A stretch of DNA of 64,000 bases, taken from assembly GCA_012295275.1 (NCBI GenBank), contig CM022666.1, positions 13,392,001 to 13,456,000 on the forward strand, written 5' to 3'. The position numbers and the translations under genes are program-made. Source of the DNA: Chrysomallon squamiferum. Its lineage: Eukaryota > Animalia > Mollusca. Numbering within the stretch: position 1 is the first letter of the stretch; every line of letters begins with the position of its first letter. The notes below the pieces were generated by a model. The model saw nothing but the letters and a program-made list of their open reading frames with translations, was not told where the DNA came from and did not search any database. Positions 35,565 through 62,563 of the stretch are shown in pieces.

Positions 35565-35942
35565 GTTTCCATCAAAGTTTCTTTGTCTGTTTGTCCTTGT
35601 AGCTGTTTGTTTCTGTTATTCGCACATCTTTTCTTGAAAAGCTTTGAACAAGACGTCTACATTAAATATTTACTTAGTTGTCAGCGTTAAGACTTCGTCC
35701 ACTCAGTGACGTCACGAAAACTGACGTCTGCTGTTACAGCAATACATGTGCAGAACAAAACAAAACATCTAGATGGGTACTTTTGATAAAAAATATACAA
35801 AATGAGATGATTATAGAGGTAAGAAAAATTGATCCGTATCTAGCTTGAATGACTGAAGATTAATGTGCAGTTTTCTGTGACCATCAAGTTTTTGTTATTA
35901 ATTCATTAATTTATTTATTTATTTAGTTATTTAGTTATTAAT

Positions 35943-35974
<32 letters not shown>

Positions 35975-36287
35975 TCTATCTAGTTAGTTAGTTTTTTTTT
36001 TATTTTATTTAATTTAATTTTGTTTTTAATTTCTATTTTTAAAAAACATTCGACAACGATTTAAGATTCTCTACGGAAATATATATATTTTGGCAGTAAA
36101 TATTTCGTACCTAAATAATATTTATTTACTTTTGTTTGTTTGTTGGTTTTAAAAGTTAAAGCAAAAAGAAAACAAAACAAAAACAAAATGAGAAGAAAAA
36201 AAAAAAAAAAAAAAAATAACAAACAAAAAAAAAAAAAAAAAACGAAAGCTTGCAAGAAAGAAAAAAACACACGCCACAAAATAACAA

Positions 36288-36323
<36 letters not shown>

Positions 36324-36400
36324 AAAAGAAAAAAAAAGAAAGCAAAGGAAAACAATAAACCGCAGCGGCGTCCGTGAAAAAAACTGCAAATACAAAACAC

Positions 36401-36715
36401 ATCAACAAACCCACAATACTGACTGAAGTGAAACAGAAAAATTACAGATAAATAAAACAGATTCAACATGATAAAACTTGTACCATTTTTCAGACGTTAA
36501 TATTAATAGATGGCATTCATAATAATAATAATGATGATGATGATGATATCAACAAACCCACAATACTGACTGAAGTGAAACAGAAAAATTACAAATAAAT
36601 AAAACAGATTCAACATAAAGGTAACTTGTACCATTTTTCAGAAGTTAATGTTAATAGATAGCATTAATAATTATTCTAATAATAATAATAATGATGATGA
36701 TGATGATGATGATGA
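36401..36715 (+). repeat. ~147-bp tandem duplication
   Basis: atcaacaaacccacaatactgactgaagtgaaacagaaaa...cttgtaccatttttcaga...(AAT)(GAT) begins at 36401 and again at 36547. Confidence 0.9.
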
Positions 36716-37878
36716 CGATACCAATAATAATAATAACAACAGCAACAACAATAACAACAAAAGCTACTACCACATCTACTTCTATTACTTCGACTGCTAC
36801 TTCCACTACAGCACTACTACTACCATTACTAAAAATAATGATAATGGTAAGAACAACAACAGCAACAACAACAACAACAATAATAATAATAATAATAATA
36901 ATAAAGATGATGATAATGACAAAGGTTATGATTATGATGATGATGATGATGATGATACCTGTAGAACCATTTCTACTCATGCTGATATTATTTCTATTAT
37001 AAATTACCGCGGTTAGTATTACAAACACTACTACTACCACTATTAGTACTACTTCTACTATTGCAAATATTACTATTACTACTACTACTTCTATTAAATG
37101 TTTGTATTTAATTTTAATTTCTACCTATGTTTTAATTCCCTTTTGATTTAAAGTTAAAGCTTATTTAAGTACCATATTCATATCACAGATACATTTATCA
37201 TGTCTGTATAATAAATACATTAACCATATCTGTATAATAAATATATTTAATATATCTATATAACACATATGATTATTTGCAATATATATTCAACACATAT
37301 ATTTTCATTATCTGTATTAAGCTTGCATTTACCTTAACTGTGTACCACACATATTTATATAATACATATAATTACCTGTCTGTATGATACATATAACATA
37401 AAATTAACATATTTGTAGAACACATATATTTAGCACATCTATATAACATGTAATTACGATATCTACATATCATACCTCAGGGGTGGGTAATGGGGGTGTT
37501 TACATGTGTGTATCGTCTCGTTTTCTCTTCATTCGTACACAATGACAGTAGCCACCTACCCTTAACCCCCAATGGAAGTTGAAACGTAACTGCTTTTCTT
37601 TTGCCGTTGTGAAATCGACGCGAAGAGTTAAAAAAACACAAAAAAAACCAACAACAAACGGAAAACGACAAGCAAGAAGCCTAAAAGTCGTTCGTTGAGA
37701 ACTCTAGATGACAAAGGATCAAAGAAAGTTAAACTTTTTTAAATTATTTTTTTATTTTATTTTCAGTAATGGTAGTGGTGGTAGTAGTAGTAGTAGTAAT
37801 AATAGCCAAGCTGATAAAACTAACAATAGTTAGAACCGTTTGTACAGTTTTACTAATAAATTTTCATTATCATCTACA

Positions 37879-37955
<77 letters not shown>

Positions 37956-38514
37956 CTATAAAATTCATAATTTCAAACCCTCCTTACCGGAAGAATTAAC
38001 CGCCCCTACGTCCACAGATTTAGTTTTGCCTCAGTAAAAATCTATTTGGAATTAACGTCACCTTTGGGACGCAGTTCACAAGTACATAATCGATGACAAA
38101 TGGGACTTTTTTCGTTACGCGTTATCAATTAAAGGTGCTAAAGGGAAAATTTCGGGCTAATTAATTTTATCGACGCCATCGAAAGATCAAGCAACCGGAG
38201 AATTTGATAATAAAATTGATTACGAGTTGTAATTCTGTATAATTAATGATAATGATGATGACGGTGATGATGATGATGATGAAGACTGGTGTTGTTATAT
38301 CTGACACCGAAATGGTTGTTCTATTCAGAAAAGTAATGAGATTTCTCACAACAACCAGTGATCCACAACTGGTTTATTAAATACCGCAGTATGTATTTTG
38401 CTTTCTGAGGGAAGGTGTGCATAAAATATCCCTTATTGCTAAATGACATGAACAATCCACCACGAAGTGTCAACGGATTTCTTTTGTCATATGCACAGAC
38501 AATAATAATAATAA

Positions 38515-38545
<31 letters not shown>

Positions 38546-38686
38546 AATAGAAGTAATAGTAGAAGTACTACTACTACTACTACTACTACTACTAATAATA
38601 ATAATGATAATAATAATAATAACAATAATAATAGTAATAATAATAGTAATGAAAATAATAGTAGTAGTAGTAATAATAATATAATA

Positions 38687-38730
<44 letters not shown>

Positions 38731-39260
38731 AAATGTATTTCTGTAAAAGAAAACTGCAGTCATTATTATCATTATTTGATTATCATTATATGATTATTTT
38801 TAATTTATCTGACATATTATCTTCCATCTATTTTCCACTTATCTCTGATATTATGACTAATCTCTCTCTGTTTTAAGACAGATACCCGTTAAAAATATTC
38901 AGTTACCTGCAACATTACATTTCATGATTCTTCAAAATAAACAGAGTTTATCACGGATCACTCTCTTTTATATGTTCTGAAAACGCTGTGTGACGTCAGA
39001 CCTTTGTTGACGTCACAATGTAAACCATATCGAAATGTAGTTACTTTACGCATTTGTTTGTGGATGTGTACGTGAGTGCGCAAACGAGTGCGTGAGTGTG
39101 TGCCTGTTGATGTTTCTTTGAGAATGTGTGGCCTAGAATTACTTGTATTCTTTACTGACGATTCTCAGTTTATATTTTTAAATACATTTTAAAATTTGAG
39201 TTAAAAAAAAATGTACTACTAATAAAATAAAATAAATACTACTACCACTACTATCACCAC

Positions 39261-39327
<67 letters not shown>

Positions 39328-40006
39328 TTATTTATATTTTTATTGTATTTATTTATTTTATTTTTTTTCAAACACACATTTGTATATATGGAAAACGAGA
39401 CAGTTTTCTTGTATATAAATTTGAGTATGCATGTATGTATTACGTACGTATGTTTGTATGTATGTATGTTTGTATGTTTGTTCGTATGTATTTCATATCT
39501 GTTTGTATACGTATCGAAATTTGTTTTTCCATTACAATTAATTTACAGTCGTTACGCCTATATTTCTCTATTCCCGTGCGGTTATCTTTTCCTCGTTATA
39601 AATGTATTACACGAAAAACAACGAAAGAAAGGAAGAATAGAAAAAGAAAAGGGCATACTGTCACAAATTAATATTTAATGTTTATAACCGACGTTTTAAC
39701 TGCATATAGAAATATGTCAGTTTTAATTGACATATTTTGAATAATTCATAGTTTTGCTTATATCTGAAAAAAAAAAAAAATTAATAAAATAGAAAGGGTA
39801 TTTTCTGCACAAAAATTGTTTTCTGATTAGAAGAGTAATGTCAGAAATATAACTTTATTCCTGGTTTATTCAAGCAAGCCTTGCCTGGACAGTATTAAAC
39901 TGTAGTTTACAGGAAAACTTACGTCATCGCAAACTGGACTGTTCGGAATCGGAAAACCTTTTTGTCTTAAACAATTCTTCGTTTTTAATTTTCTTTTTTA
40001 TTTACT

Positions 40007-40074
<68 letters not shown>

Positions 40075-40087
40075 GTATTTATTTATT

Positions 40088-40141
<54 letters not shown>

Positions 40142-40162
40142 TTATTTTTATTTTTATTTATT

Positions 40163-40228
<66 letters not shown>

Positions 40229-40670
40229 ATTTTTTTTTTTTTTGTTATCTTTTTTAAATTTATTATTTGCTGGACTAACATATCATTCACTTCAGTCAAA
40301 ATTTACACACACACACACACACACCCCACTCAACATACAGCATGATTTCATAGTCACACTAGAGAAAGGACGTTTCTCTTTTTTATCATTTCATATTTCA
40401 GAAACAAGATCACAGACACTTTCTTTTTACTGCAAAAAGTTAATGTTTTGACACGAGTTTATAAAAGAAAAGAAGAAAATAATTGTCTATAGTTTTCAAA
40501 TCTGCTTAGTCGTGCAGAGAAAAGAAGCGAATAAAAGTTAATACCATGAATCAGCGTTAAAAGAAAAAAAAAAAAAAAAAACGAAGAACAAAAGATAACA
40601 GATAAACAATAAAAAAAGGAGAAAATTCTATCGAGCGCACGTTATCGATTAAAAGAAGATGGCTGTAACA

Positions 40671-40683
40671 GTTGCCCGGCAAC
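40671..40683. promoter_or_regulatory. RFX X-box, 100 bp upstream of the FAIM-like ATG
   Basis: Perfect palindromic GTTGCC-C-GGCAAC; also a CRE TGACGTCA at 40770-40777. Confidence 0.65.
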
Positions 40684-40782
40684 CAGCGCTGGAGCGGAGG
40701 ACTCCCTGTTTTGTCGTCTGCTCGGTTAGCCGTCTGCTTCAGTCGAGACAAACAGTCGTGAAATATACCTGACGTCAAAAAC

Positions 40783-53321
<12,539 letters not shown>

Positions 53322-54100
53322 AAACTCTCTCATTTTCAGAAATAACGTTTCTTCTTCTTCTTCTGATAAATACTTTTTAAAATTAAATTTCTAGGTGAAA
53401 CAACAGTTTTATAATTACTCTTGAAGTTGATATAAAATTTCTGAAGCTGCGAACAGATAAACAAAATTTAATTGTCGGAAATACATGATTATGAACCTTT
53501 TCCTTTTGTTTTTAACAAATTTCCTTTTTATTTAGATGATAATTATTATTTTTATTTTTTTTCTATGTTTTAATGTCACAGATTTCATGATGACAGATTA
53601 TTATTTATAGTTTATAATGGACTGATTATTAAAATGTTTATATTAATATATACCATTTAAACTGTTTTGGGTAAGCGTCACACACATATAAAATATCGTT
53701 TTTAAGGATACACCATCGTACCTTTAGTCAGTTAAAACAAGTCAGGATAATATTTTCTTATAAATATTTTGTGAGAAAAGAGTTGTATTCATCTCAATAT
53801 TTTTATTATTATATTATATTATATTATATTATATTATATTATATTATTTATTTATTTGTTTATTGCATGCAACTTATTGAAAATAGCTTTCAAAATTTTT
53901 AAAATTTTATCTATATGTTTTTCAGTTTTACTGCTGATATTATTAAACGTGCCTATAAACTTACTTACCTAAACATTGACATATACATCATATATGCACA
54001 GTATCACATTACATATCTCCATTTTCCATTCACACAGACATACACGCACGCCATCTGATATGATCAAACATAACTACCTGTATACCTATTTATATATACA

Positions 54101-54103
<3 letters not shown>

Positions 54104-54192
<89 letters not shown>

Positions 54193-54215
54193 CGCTCGCT
54201 CACTCACTCACTCAC
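54104..54215. repeat. (CT)n microsatellite
   Basis: Direct read. Confidence 0.95.
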
Positions 54216-56255
54216 TTACCTAGACATTGAAATATACGTTACATATGTACAGTAATCACATTACGGCACGTTCATACATAAAACAATAAGAACAACAACT
54301 ACAACAACACACACATCATACTTAACGACAGATAGATTTGCAAACACTGTTTTGTTGGTGGCAGAATTAAAAAGTGATATTTCTCTGGAGGACCCAGTTC
54401 GTCCGAAGTTGTCTGTGATGTTAAAGTAATACTAAACATTTTAAATCAGCTACAACAACGTTTTTAATACACGTTTTCTGTATAATACTACTGTATCACA
54501 GCTTAGCTTTGTTTTTTTGTACATTAATTATTATAAATAGTATTTCCATATAGCTTTTTTAATACTACCAATGTATAGATGTTTGTGTATTTTTTTGTCT
54601 ACTAGTACAAATGTATGGATATTATTATGTCTGTTTTGTTTTTATTATTCTTTTACATTGTGAATTTTATGTTTGTACAGTGTTTTCGAGAAACATAAAT
54701 ATTTAATTGTCCCAAAACAATGAAACTATTGTAATGAGCAGGAAAGATTTATTAATATTTAATAATAGATTTAGAGTTATCTCCCTCTGTGAATTCGGTG
54801 AATTTTAACTACGAAATCTTAGAACTTACTCTGACTTTAGAAGCAGTTAGAGTTGTCTCCCTCGATAGATTTCAGTAAAAATCGTGAACAGATGGGTTAT
54901 AGATATCCTAGTATATTAATCTTTAAGATAACATATACATACATATAATAATAATAATAATAATAATGAAAAAAAATTTAACTGCGTTTTTGATGGATAT
55001 AACTTTTTAAATTGTTATAACATTGGCTGATGTCCACAGAGTTTTAATAAATCATTTCACAGAAATGTTCAGATAAAAAAAGCTTATGAAATACATATTA
55101 TATAATTCATTTAGATTACATACTTACAACTGCTCAAACTCTTTCATTACAAACCTGAAACTAAAGAAATAAAAAGCTATCTTGAACTAGATTTATTAAA
55201 CACTTAACAGTAAGTGTATTTGTGAACGATAAATTATGTTACTGACTAACTGAATTTGTGAAAAATATATTTTTAATGTATAGAATTTACAGAAATCTCA
55301 CAATTTTTACTGAAAGTGAAAATAATATCAAACTACGACAATCATAATTATTTCGTCGATTACACTAAAAATCGCTTTTCTAGGTTGGTAGAAAATGTTT
55401 TAAAAGACTGAACCGTTTTTAGCCTGTATTTTAAAATAACACTTTTCAGACGGTCTTATAATTTAAACATAATAATTTAAAATAAAAAATAAAATATTTT
55501 AATTTAGTTACCATTGGAAGCTTTATTGCTAATACCAGTCTGAATTTTAAATCGATTTTGATTAAAAGATAAAACAAAAATATCCAGTTTCACTATGAAA
55601 CGTAATATCAATTTTCTGAATTTCTGTTCTCAAGTATAACAGATTTCATTCTAGATAGTTTTAAAGAAAACTATGAACATATTTAAAAACATATGAACAT
55701 CCCAAAATGGCTGAAAAGTAAAATTAGTATTTAATATAATAATAATTTAATATAAAAAAAATTATAAAAATATATTCGAATTTTTTAAATAATTTTCTTT
55801 ACAGATAGTAAAACAGTAATTTGTTTATTTAATCTGCGATTATTTTTGCCTTTGTTTACATTTGATAAAATGTATCAGTATTTCAGTACTCAGTTTATGT
55901 TAGATGTGCTAAGTTGTCTTTTCAATTCAGCTGAAGTTACTTCTGCACAGCAGGTTTTCTTCTTTTCTTGTTGTTATGGTTTCGTGTAACTGTTATACCG
56001 TGAGCCGTGTTATTGTGTGTTTATGGTACTAGTTTTGTTATTAAGGACGAATATGACATCTGATTGTCATATAATATTATACATACAGAAATGAGTGATG
56101 TAGTTTCTGTTTTGAAGTGGATTTTAAAAATAATGTATTGTTATTTTTAATTGCTGTTGTCTTAGATAACATTCTTTTGTATCGTTTGTGATTTATAGGT
56201 TCACAGACAACAAAAAGTATTTACACTGACATAAATGATAGTATTTCATTTTTTT

Positions 56256-56312
<57 letters not shown>

Positions 56313-56398
56313 TCAGAGATCTTTGTTAAAATGTTATTATTAGAATTTCAAAAAGTGTTAGACGGAAGCTTGTAGTATAAAATTATATCTTCTATTTT

Positions 56399-56453
<55 letters not shown>

Positions 56454-57391
56454 TGACAATATCAATAACAATAACAATACAGAAAAATAAATTAAAATTC
56501 AAGAAGAAATAATGTTATAAAATGAAATTTATAAGTTAAATATAAAATAAAATATAACGTTAAAAATAAGAAAGAAAGAAGAAAAAAAACAAATGAAATA
56601 AAAATAAATAAATAGAAACATCCATAATAACATTCACTCTTGGTTTTACTGATTAATTTCACTCAAACTCAGTAACAATCTTCTTATATTTGTTATTGGT
56701 TAAACATTCCGTCCAGTACATTAGTACACCTACAATAATTTATTTTTACACAAATGTGTTGTTTGCTGTTTTTCTTTGTATATAATACATTTATGTTTGT
56801 GTTTCAATTAAATTTTTCAATCCATCTGTTTCTTATTTAATTATTCAACTAAATATTAAACGCAAACCAAGACAGATGTACTAGAATAACTTTGATGTTA
56901 CACACCTTCTGGATGATCAAACAGACTGAATTCATTTTCTATGCCTATAAGTTATTTATTTCTGACAACCAGTCTTTGATAATAATTAAGTTAGACAATT
57001 AAAAAAACAAGCTGACTAGGATCAAGGAGGCGCTCAGTTTATCTTTCTTAGTGACGTCACTACTTTCAGACTTAAGCTGTAGCTGTTTTACAATGATTTA
57101 TTCAGTCTATGGACATTTTATTTTTTACTATTTCTTCTTCTTAATGATAATGATAACAATAATTAATTATTCTTATTATTTTTAGTATTTTTCATTATTA
57201 CGTGACGTCACTACAAAATAAAAAACGTCTTGTTTCACGCATCTCGACAGCATTTTATTTTATAGTTATACATTTTTATCAGTAAGAATGATAAATAATT
57301 AAAAGAAGGATTTGGAACTATTCAAAACATATTTTTTTTTTTTTTAAATTATTTGTTCCTGCCACACAGGTATTCGTTAAACATTCACGTT

Positions 57392-57429
<38 letters not shown>

Positions 57430-57805
57430 TTTATTTATTGTTTTGTTTTTTAATAAAAGAAATAATATGTATAACTATTGCTGATATGATTGGTTCAGTG
57501 CGTTATTAGCTTAAACTCAAGTCCAGAACTTGTAAGGAAATGTAACTCTGTTTATTTTCAGTAGTTTAAAATTTGTGCAACGTTCATACTTGTTGCTTGT
57601 TCGGTTGTTGTTGTTTTTTCTTCACATAAATGCCGAACGCGGGACTGGAGTAAAATGTGTACAGTCTAGTACAATATATCACCTCTGATAATTATAAACA
57701 ACTCTGAAACATTTCGTTAAAATAATTTATTACCTCCACATCTATAGTTTTATATTTAACAAAAAAAAACAACAACAAAGGTACAGTTTTTCCCTAACCA
57801 CTTTG

Positions 57806-57982
57806 TACGATACCATTACGGAAAAGTACGACCAGTTACGGAGAAATACGACTATTCACGGAGAAATACGACCATTCACGGAGAAATACGACCATTCACG
57901 GAGAAATACGACCATTCACGCTTGTCGAGATACCATTACGGAAAATTACGACCAGTTACGGAGAAATACGACCATTCACGGC
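57806..57982 (+). repeat. 20-bp CpG-rich tandem repeat, possibly the interior of a non-autonomous DNA transposon (57791-58036)
   Basis: Unit TACGACCATTCACGGAGAAA, ~8 copies; the variant block at 57809-57860 is repeated at 57929-57980. Confidence 0.8.
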
Positions 57983-58227
57983 AAACAGCACGGCAAGCCG
58001 GTTGCACAGTGTTTGTTTGGAATGATTTGGCTGGGAGGACAGTTGACTACAAGACATGAAGCTCCAAGTATATTCAGACATTCTGAAATTATATTTTAAA
58101 ATAATAATTTAAAAATATGAACTAAATAAAACATTTTAATCTTTTCTCTCTTCATTGTAAATTCCTTTATATTTAAAGTTATTTTATATTAATACTTATT
58201 AATTATATACATACATACATACATACA

Positions 58228-58262
<35 letters not shown>

Positions 58263-58422
58263 GTATTTGTGCACTAAATAAAATCATATTCACAAAACTC
58301 TGGATTTAATTTGTATCTATAACAGATTTCTTATTAAGCAAAACAAATTATTATTTTATTTCTGAGTTAAAATTAATTTTAAAAAAGAAGTAAATGTCTG
58401 ATAAATTATTTTTATGAAAAAT

Positions 58423-58896
58423 CTATTTACCTCCGATTGCTGTCGTCGTAGGTGGTGTAGTGGTAGTTGGCATAACGGGAGACCTCGTCGGCCTGAACAC
58501 TGATGTTTGTCGTGGTCTGTAAAACCTTCTTCTTCTAGTTTGCCTTGTCGACGGCATGGTGAGCCATAAGTAAGCACACACAGGAGTCATTTCCTCTATT
58601 TCACATTCAAAGAGTTCGAAAAAACACCCAAAATGTAAAATATTCTTCCACCATTGCCTGTAGAGCCGGTTACCAGATGAATAATAGCCATGCCGGTTAC
58701 CGGATGAATAATAATGCCGATTACCGGATGCATAGCCATGCCGATTACCGGATGAATAGCCATGCAGGTTACCGGATGAATAACCATGCCAGTGACGTCT
58801 GACGATAAAAACGCCATTTGCTTTTTGTACAAAACACGGTTTAAAATCCAGAAACAACAGCAAAGCAAAACAAACAAATACTGTTGTAATTTTCAT
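58423..58896 (-). CDS. Putative secreted His/Gly/Tyr repeat protein (157 aa if unspliced; may splice out at 58431)
   Basis: Acceptor ttttctttctaag immediately 5' of the ATG (58896); signal-peptide-like MKITTVFVCFALLLFLDFKPCFVQKANG; five HGYSSGNR-type repeats; Cys-containing segment; RRRR; Pro/Thr tail; G|GTAAAT donor just before the stop. Confidence 0.75.
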   Translation of the reverse strand: MKITTVFVCFALLLFLDFKPCFVQKANGVFIVRRHWHGYSSGNLHGYSSGNRHGYASGNRHYYSSGNRHGYYSSGNRLYRQWWKNILHFGCFFELFECEIEEMTPVCAYLWLTMPSTRQTRRRRFYRPRQTSVFRPTRSPVMPTTTTPPTTTAIGGK

Positions 58897-59299
58897 ACTT
58901 AGAAAGAAAAACAAGTATCGTTAGAACAGAAATCAACACAAATACAAGTCAGATGTAATTTTTAGTCTATAATTTCTTGTTCCTCCTCTTCAGAAATATT
59001 TTGATTAAATGGTGGCATTTGTTTTTATGTCACGGAAAAGACGCAGAAATGAGAAAGGAATTATAACGGGTTTTATTAATTTACTTCATCAAAACACATT
59101 TTGACAGAATGCGCTCGCAAATGTCAGTCAAACAGAGATCTAAACCATTTCCGCAAGTAACAATCTTTTGACGTAAATCGTTTACTCTGTTAAGGAATAA
59201 ATTATGTTAATTCAGTCTACAAAGGTGTTTTTATTTTAGATTAAAATAAATTATTATTGTTAATAATTTTTTTTCAACCTGAGATTACAAAATAAAAGA

Positions 59300-59480
59300 A
59301 AGGGTCGTAGCTCATTCATGAAGTTCTAGGTTCAGTCCTCGTCAGGCAGTTCTTTCCCGTTCCAGTCAGATTTTCACCACTTGTATCGGATTTATTTATA
59401 TAATTATTAAAAAAAAGAATCTTTGCTTCTAATATGTAACAGTAATTCTATCAGCGGATTACCTTTAACCATAATCTGAT
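59300..59480 (+). mobile_element. Decayed tRNA-derived SINE
   Basis: A-box-like gtagctca and B-box-like ggttcagtcc, then ttcccgttccagtc and aaaagaatctttgcttcta (reverse of the core above). Confidence 0.45.
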
Positions 59481-59565
59481 AACAACAAAAACAACAACAA
59501 ACAAAAACTATATTAAAATAAATAAATAAATAAATGTTACATAACCAAATCATTAAAAATCTTTA

Positions 59566-59608
<43 letters not shown>

Positions 59609-61331
59609 TAAATAAACATAAAACCCCAAACCCCAAAAAAAAAAATAATAATAATAATTTTAACTAAATAAATAAATAAATAAAGGTTACCAAATAAACA
59701 TAAAAAAAAAAATATAAAAAATAATAATAATAATAAAAAAATAAAATAAAGTAAAATAAAATAAAACCAGCAACAACATTTGTCATTTGTGATATTTTCA
59801 TTCAAACGATTCACTCTCCCATAGTCTACAAATCACACGCCAGACAGACACGACACAGCACGACTCTAATCTGACATTCTTATTATAATATTACTATCGT
59901 CCTCAGACCTCTCAGCCGATGACAGAGTCTTAGTGCATCTTACAGAACATGACATTTGACATGGGGGATCTTCTGTTTAAGCAGATGTTAATTTGTCCAT
60001 TAAGTCAAGTCAGTAATCTCCTGCACGTGCAGAAAGCCCGAAGGACTGTGATATGGTGGCAAGAAATTCTAAGTATTTCTCTTGAATTCATGCATATCGC
60101 ATAGGTCTTAACAGTTACAGAAAAAAAAAAAAAAAAAAACAAAACAAAACAAATCCACTGTAAAAATATATATATTTATAATGGTATCCAATGGTATGGC
60201 GTCTGCGGATTTCCTTTGATTATCTCTGGACCATAGTCTTGTGTACGATATCGTGTGTGTGTATATCTATCTATCTATCTATCTATATATATATAGAAAG
60301 AAAGAAACACCAATAGTTTTTAAATCTTCGGTTTTGCGATGATGAACACATGATTAAGGTCCATACAGATAATGAAAGGAAACCATATCATTAAACCCTC
60401 TTAATAGATTAGCAGAATTTTATTTTTTGTTGTTAACACACCTTCCATAAATACAGGATAACGAGCATTATTTGGAAATGGAAATAGTCATTTCGGCGCA
60501 GCTGAACCTGTTACAAACCATGTTCAGAGAATCAGTTATATCATGAGGGTGACTACTGAAAATGAAGTTTAATATCGTATCGATGACGTCATCATCGTTG
60601 TCAACATCATCAACATCGTCATATCAGTATGGATATTATGGTAAAGCTGCTTAATCTCCTTTTTATATAAAACAAAATAAAAATAAAATAAAATAAATAA
60701 ATAATCAATCAAACATTTGAAAATTTAATGTTCTATATTGATCATACAAGCAAGGAGGTGAAACGATATTTATGAGATCTACTTTCTAAATGAGCACTTT
60801 GCAAACATCATGTAATGATCCAACCACCATCCAGTCACTATCCGTTTTGGTATCTTCAAAGAGTATGGGTGGCTTAACAATATAATTCAAACATTTCTCT
60901 TTTTAATCAACTCTTTTAATCACTTAGGCCAGGCCATTTAGTTTATTTAGACAAAGACAGCAAATCATTCATTTATTCACCACACTGAAGATGAAAGTAA
61001 ATCAGCAGAGAGCTTCAGGCTAGAATCAAACGATGTCATTCGCTTTGTATCATTCTCGTTTAACCCTCTCCTTTTGTTTTCGCTCTTTCCACGCGGTAAA
61101 AAAACCTTTGTGTGTATATACGTATATACAGAGATGTTAGTGTGTGATGTGTGATTAACACTGACAGTTTTGTTGTTTCTGCGAGTTATTTAAATTTAAT
61201 TGCCAGCATATTTTTTTTTTCTTTTCTTTTCTTTTCCACTGGACGGTCATTTCGAAACTAATATTTATACTGGATAACATCCACTGTTCCAGCAAATTAA
61301 ATAACTGAGTTGCCAGTAGAGATACAATTGA

Positions 61332-61377
61332 TGACGTTATTTTTTTTTATATTCATTTTGTTCGAAATGACGTCATA
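61332..61377. promoter_or_regulatory. Double CRE promoter module of ORF 61468
   Basis: TGACGTTA 61332-61339 and TGACGTCA 61368-61375. Confidence 0.55.
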
Positions 61378-61467
61378 TCTGTTTGCAGCCGAGAATTGGC
61401 ATACAAAACTATCTGCGCTTTACCACCAATAACAAAAACAACAACATCAAAAATATTAGACCAAAAA

Positions 61468-61846
61468 ATGGAGAACATAAAAGTGATTTCAGATGATACG
61501 AGAGAAAATCTGGAGATGATTGAAACCGAAGTAGGTCTTGTTGAAGGCAACTACAAAGATTTATTGGTGCGTACAAAACTACTTCAGGAAACGGCACGCA
61601 ACTGTAGATGCGCCAATAGAAGTGACTATGGAGACCTGTATCGTTCGTGTGAGTCGACCAGCAGAGAAATCAAGTCAGTACAGTTTGATGTTCGCGATGA
61701 GAGAAAACCCAGCGAAAGCAAGTTTGCACTGACAAGTCACGTTGCCGATACCGAGAAGAAAAACTCGTTCTCAGAAGTTAAAATTGAGAATCGTTCAGGA
61801 CTTGAAGAATTTGACGATATTTTAGTCTGTCCTGGTTGCGTGATTA

Positions 61847-61851
<5 letters not shown>
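61468..61851 (+). CDS. Intronless orphan ORF, 127 aa from the first ATG, N-terminal coiled coil
   Basis: aaaaATGG start; complex GC-richer coding-like sequence; resembles the N-terminus of 62659-63657; the stop abuts a (GA)n run. Confidence 0.6.

Positions 61852-61919
<68 letters not shown>
61850..61919. repeat. (GA)n microsatellite
   Basis: Direct read. Confidence 0.95.
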
Positions 61920-61921
<2 letters not shown>

Positions 61922-62563
61922 ACAACGGTGATATAGAGAAATTTTTCATAAATGCATGGATTTATTGTTTTAATCCGAAAAACTTCAACATTTATGATTT
62001 GAGAATATAAATTAAAGGCAGAGAATATTGTTTTAAATTTACTGAAATATCAGAGAACTTGGAAATTTCCTTCAGATAATTAATTATGAAAACGGCGATT
62101 GGAATTGAGGTCACTAAGTGATAACATTTTAGCTGAATTATTTTATCGTAATAATAATAATATGGTAATTTATATTTTTCTCATTAAAATTAACAACTTT
62201 TATAACTCACATAGTTTTCTGTCTCAACTATTAACATCTTTTGTAACTGATACTAATACATTTTATGTTCGAAAAGATAGTTGTCGCTCATACATTTGTG
62301 TTCAAGGCAGACAACTCTTATATGGTGAAATGAATATATTTCTTTCACTTATACCTGCAGTTCTTTTAATTTTTTATTTTTACTTTGACGGTAAAATTTA
62401 TTTTTATTTTTGTTTTATTTAATTAATTTATTTATTTTAATTTTATCAGTTTTTTAAAAAAAATGTTTTTGGACTATTTGAATTAAAAATTCTAACAGTG
62501 CAATTTATTTTCTTGACTGCTGATCCCAGGTTATCCTCATAACGTAATCCCCCTTTCGTAGTT

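Noticed and set aside
54320-56055. Candidate downstream exons of the secreted repeat protein (minus-strand acceptors near 56051 and 54412)
   Set aside because: Both are phase-compatible but short and featureless; cannot choose without cDNA.
60457-60546. Short frame DNEHYLEMEIVISAQLNLLQTMFRESVIS* as a third paralog of the 61-63 kb ORFs
   Set aside because: Only 29 codons with superficial word matches; not distinguishable from chance.
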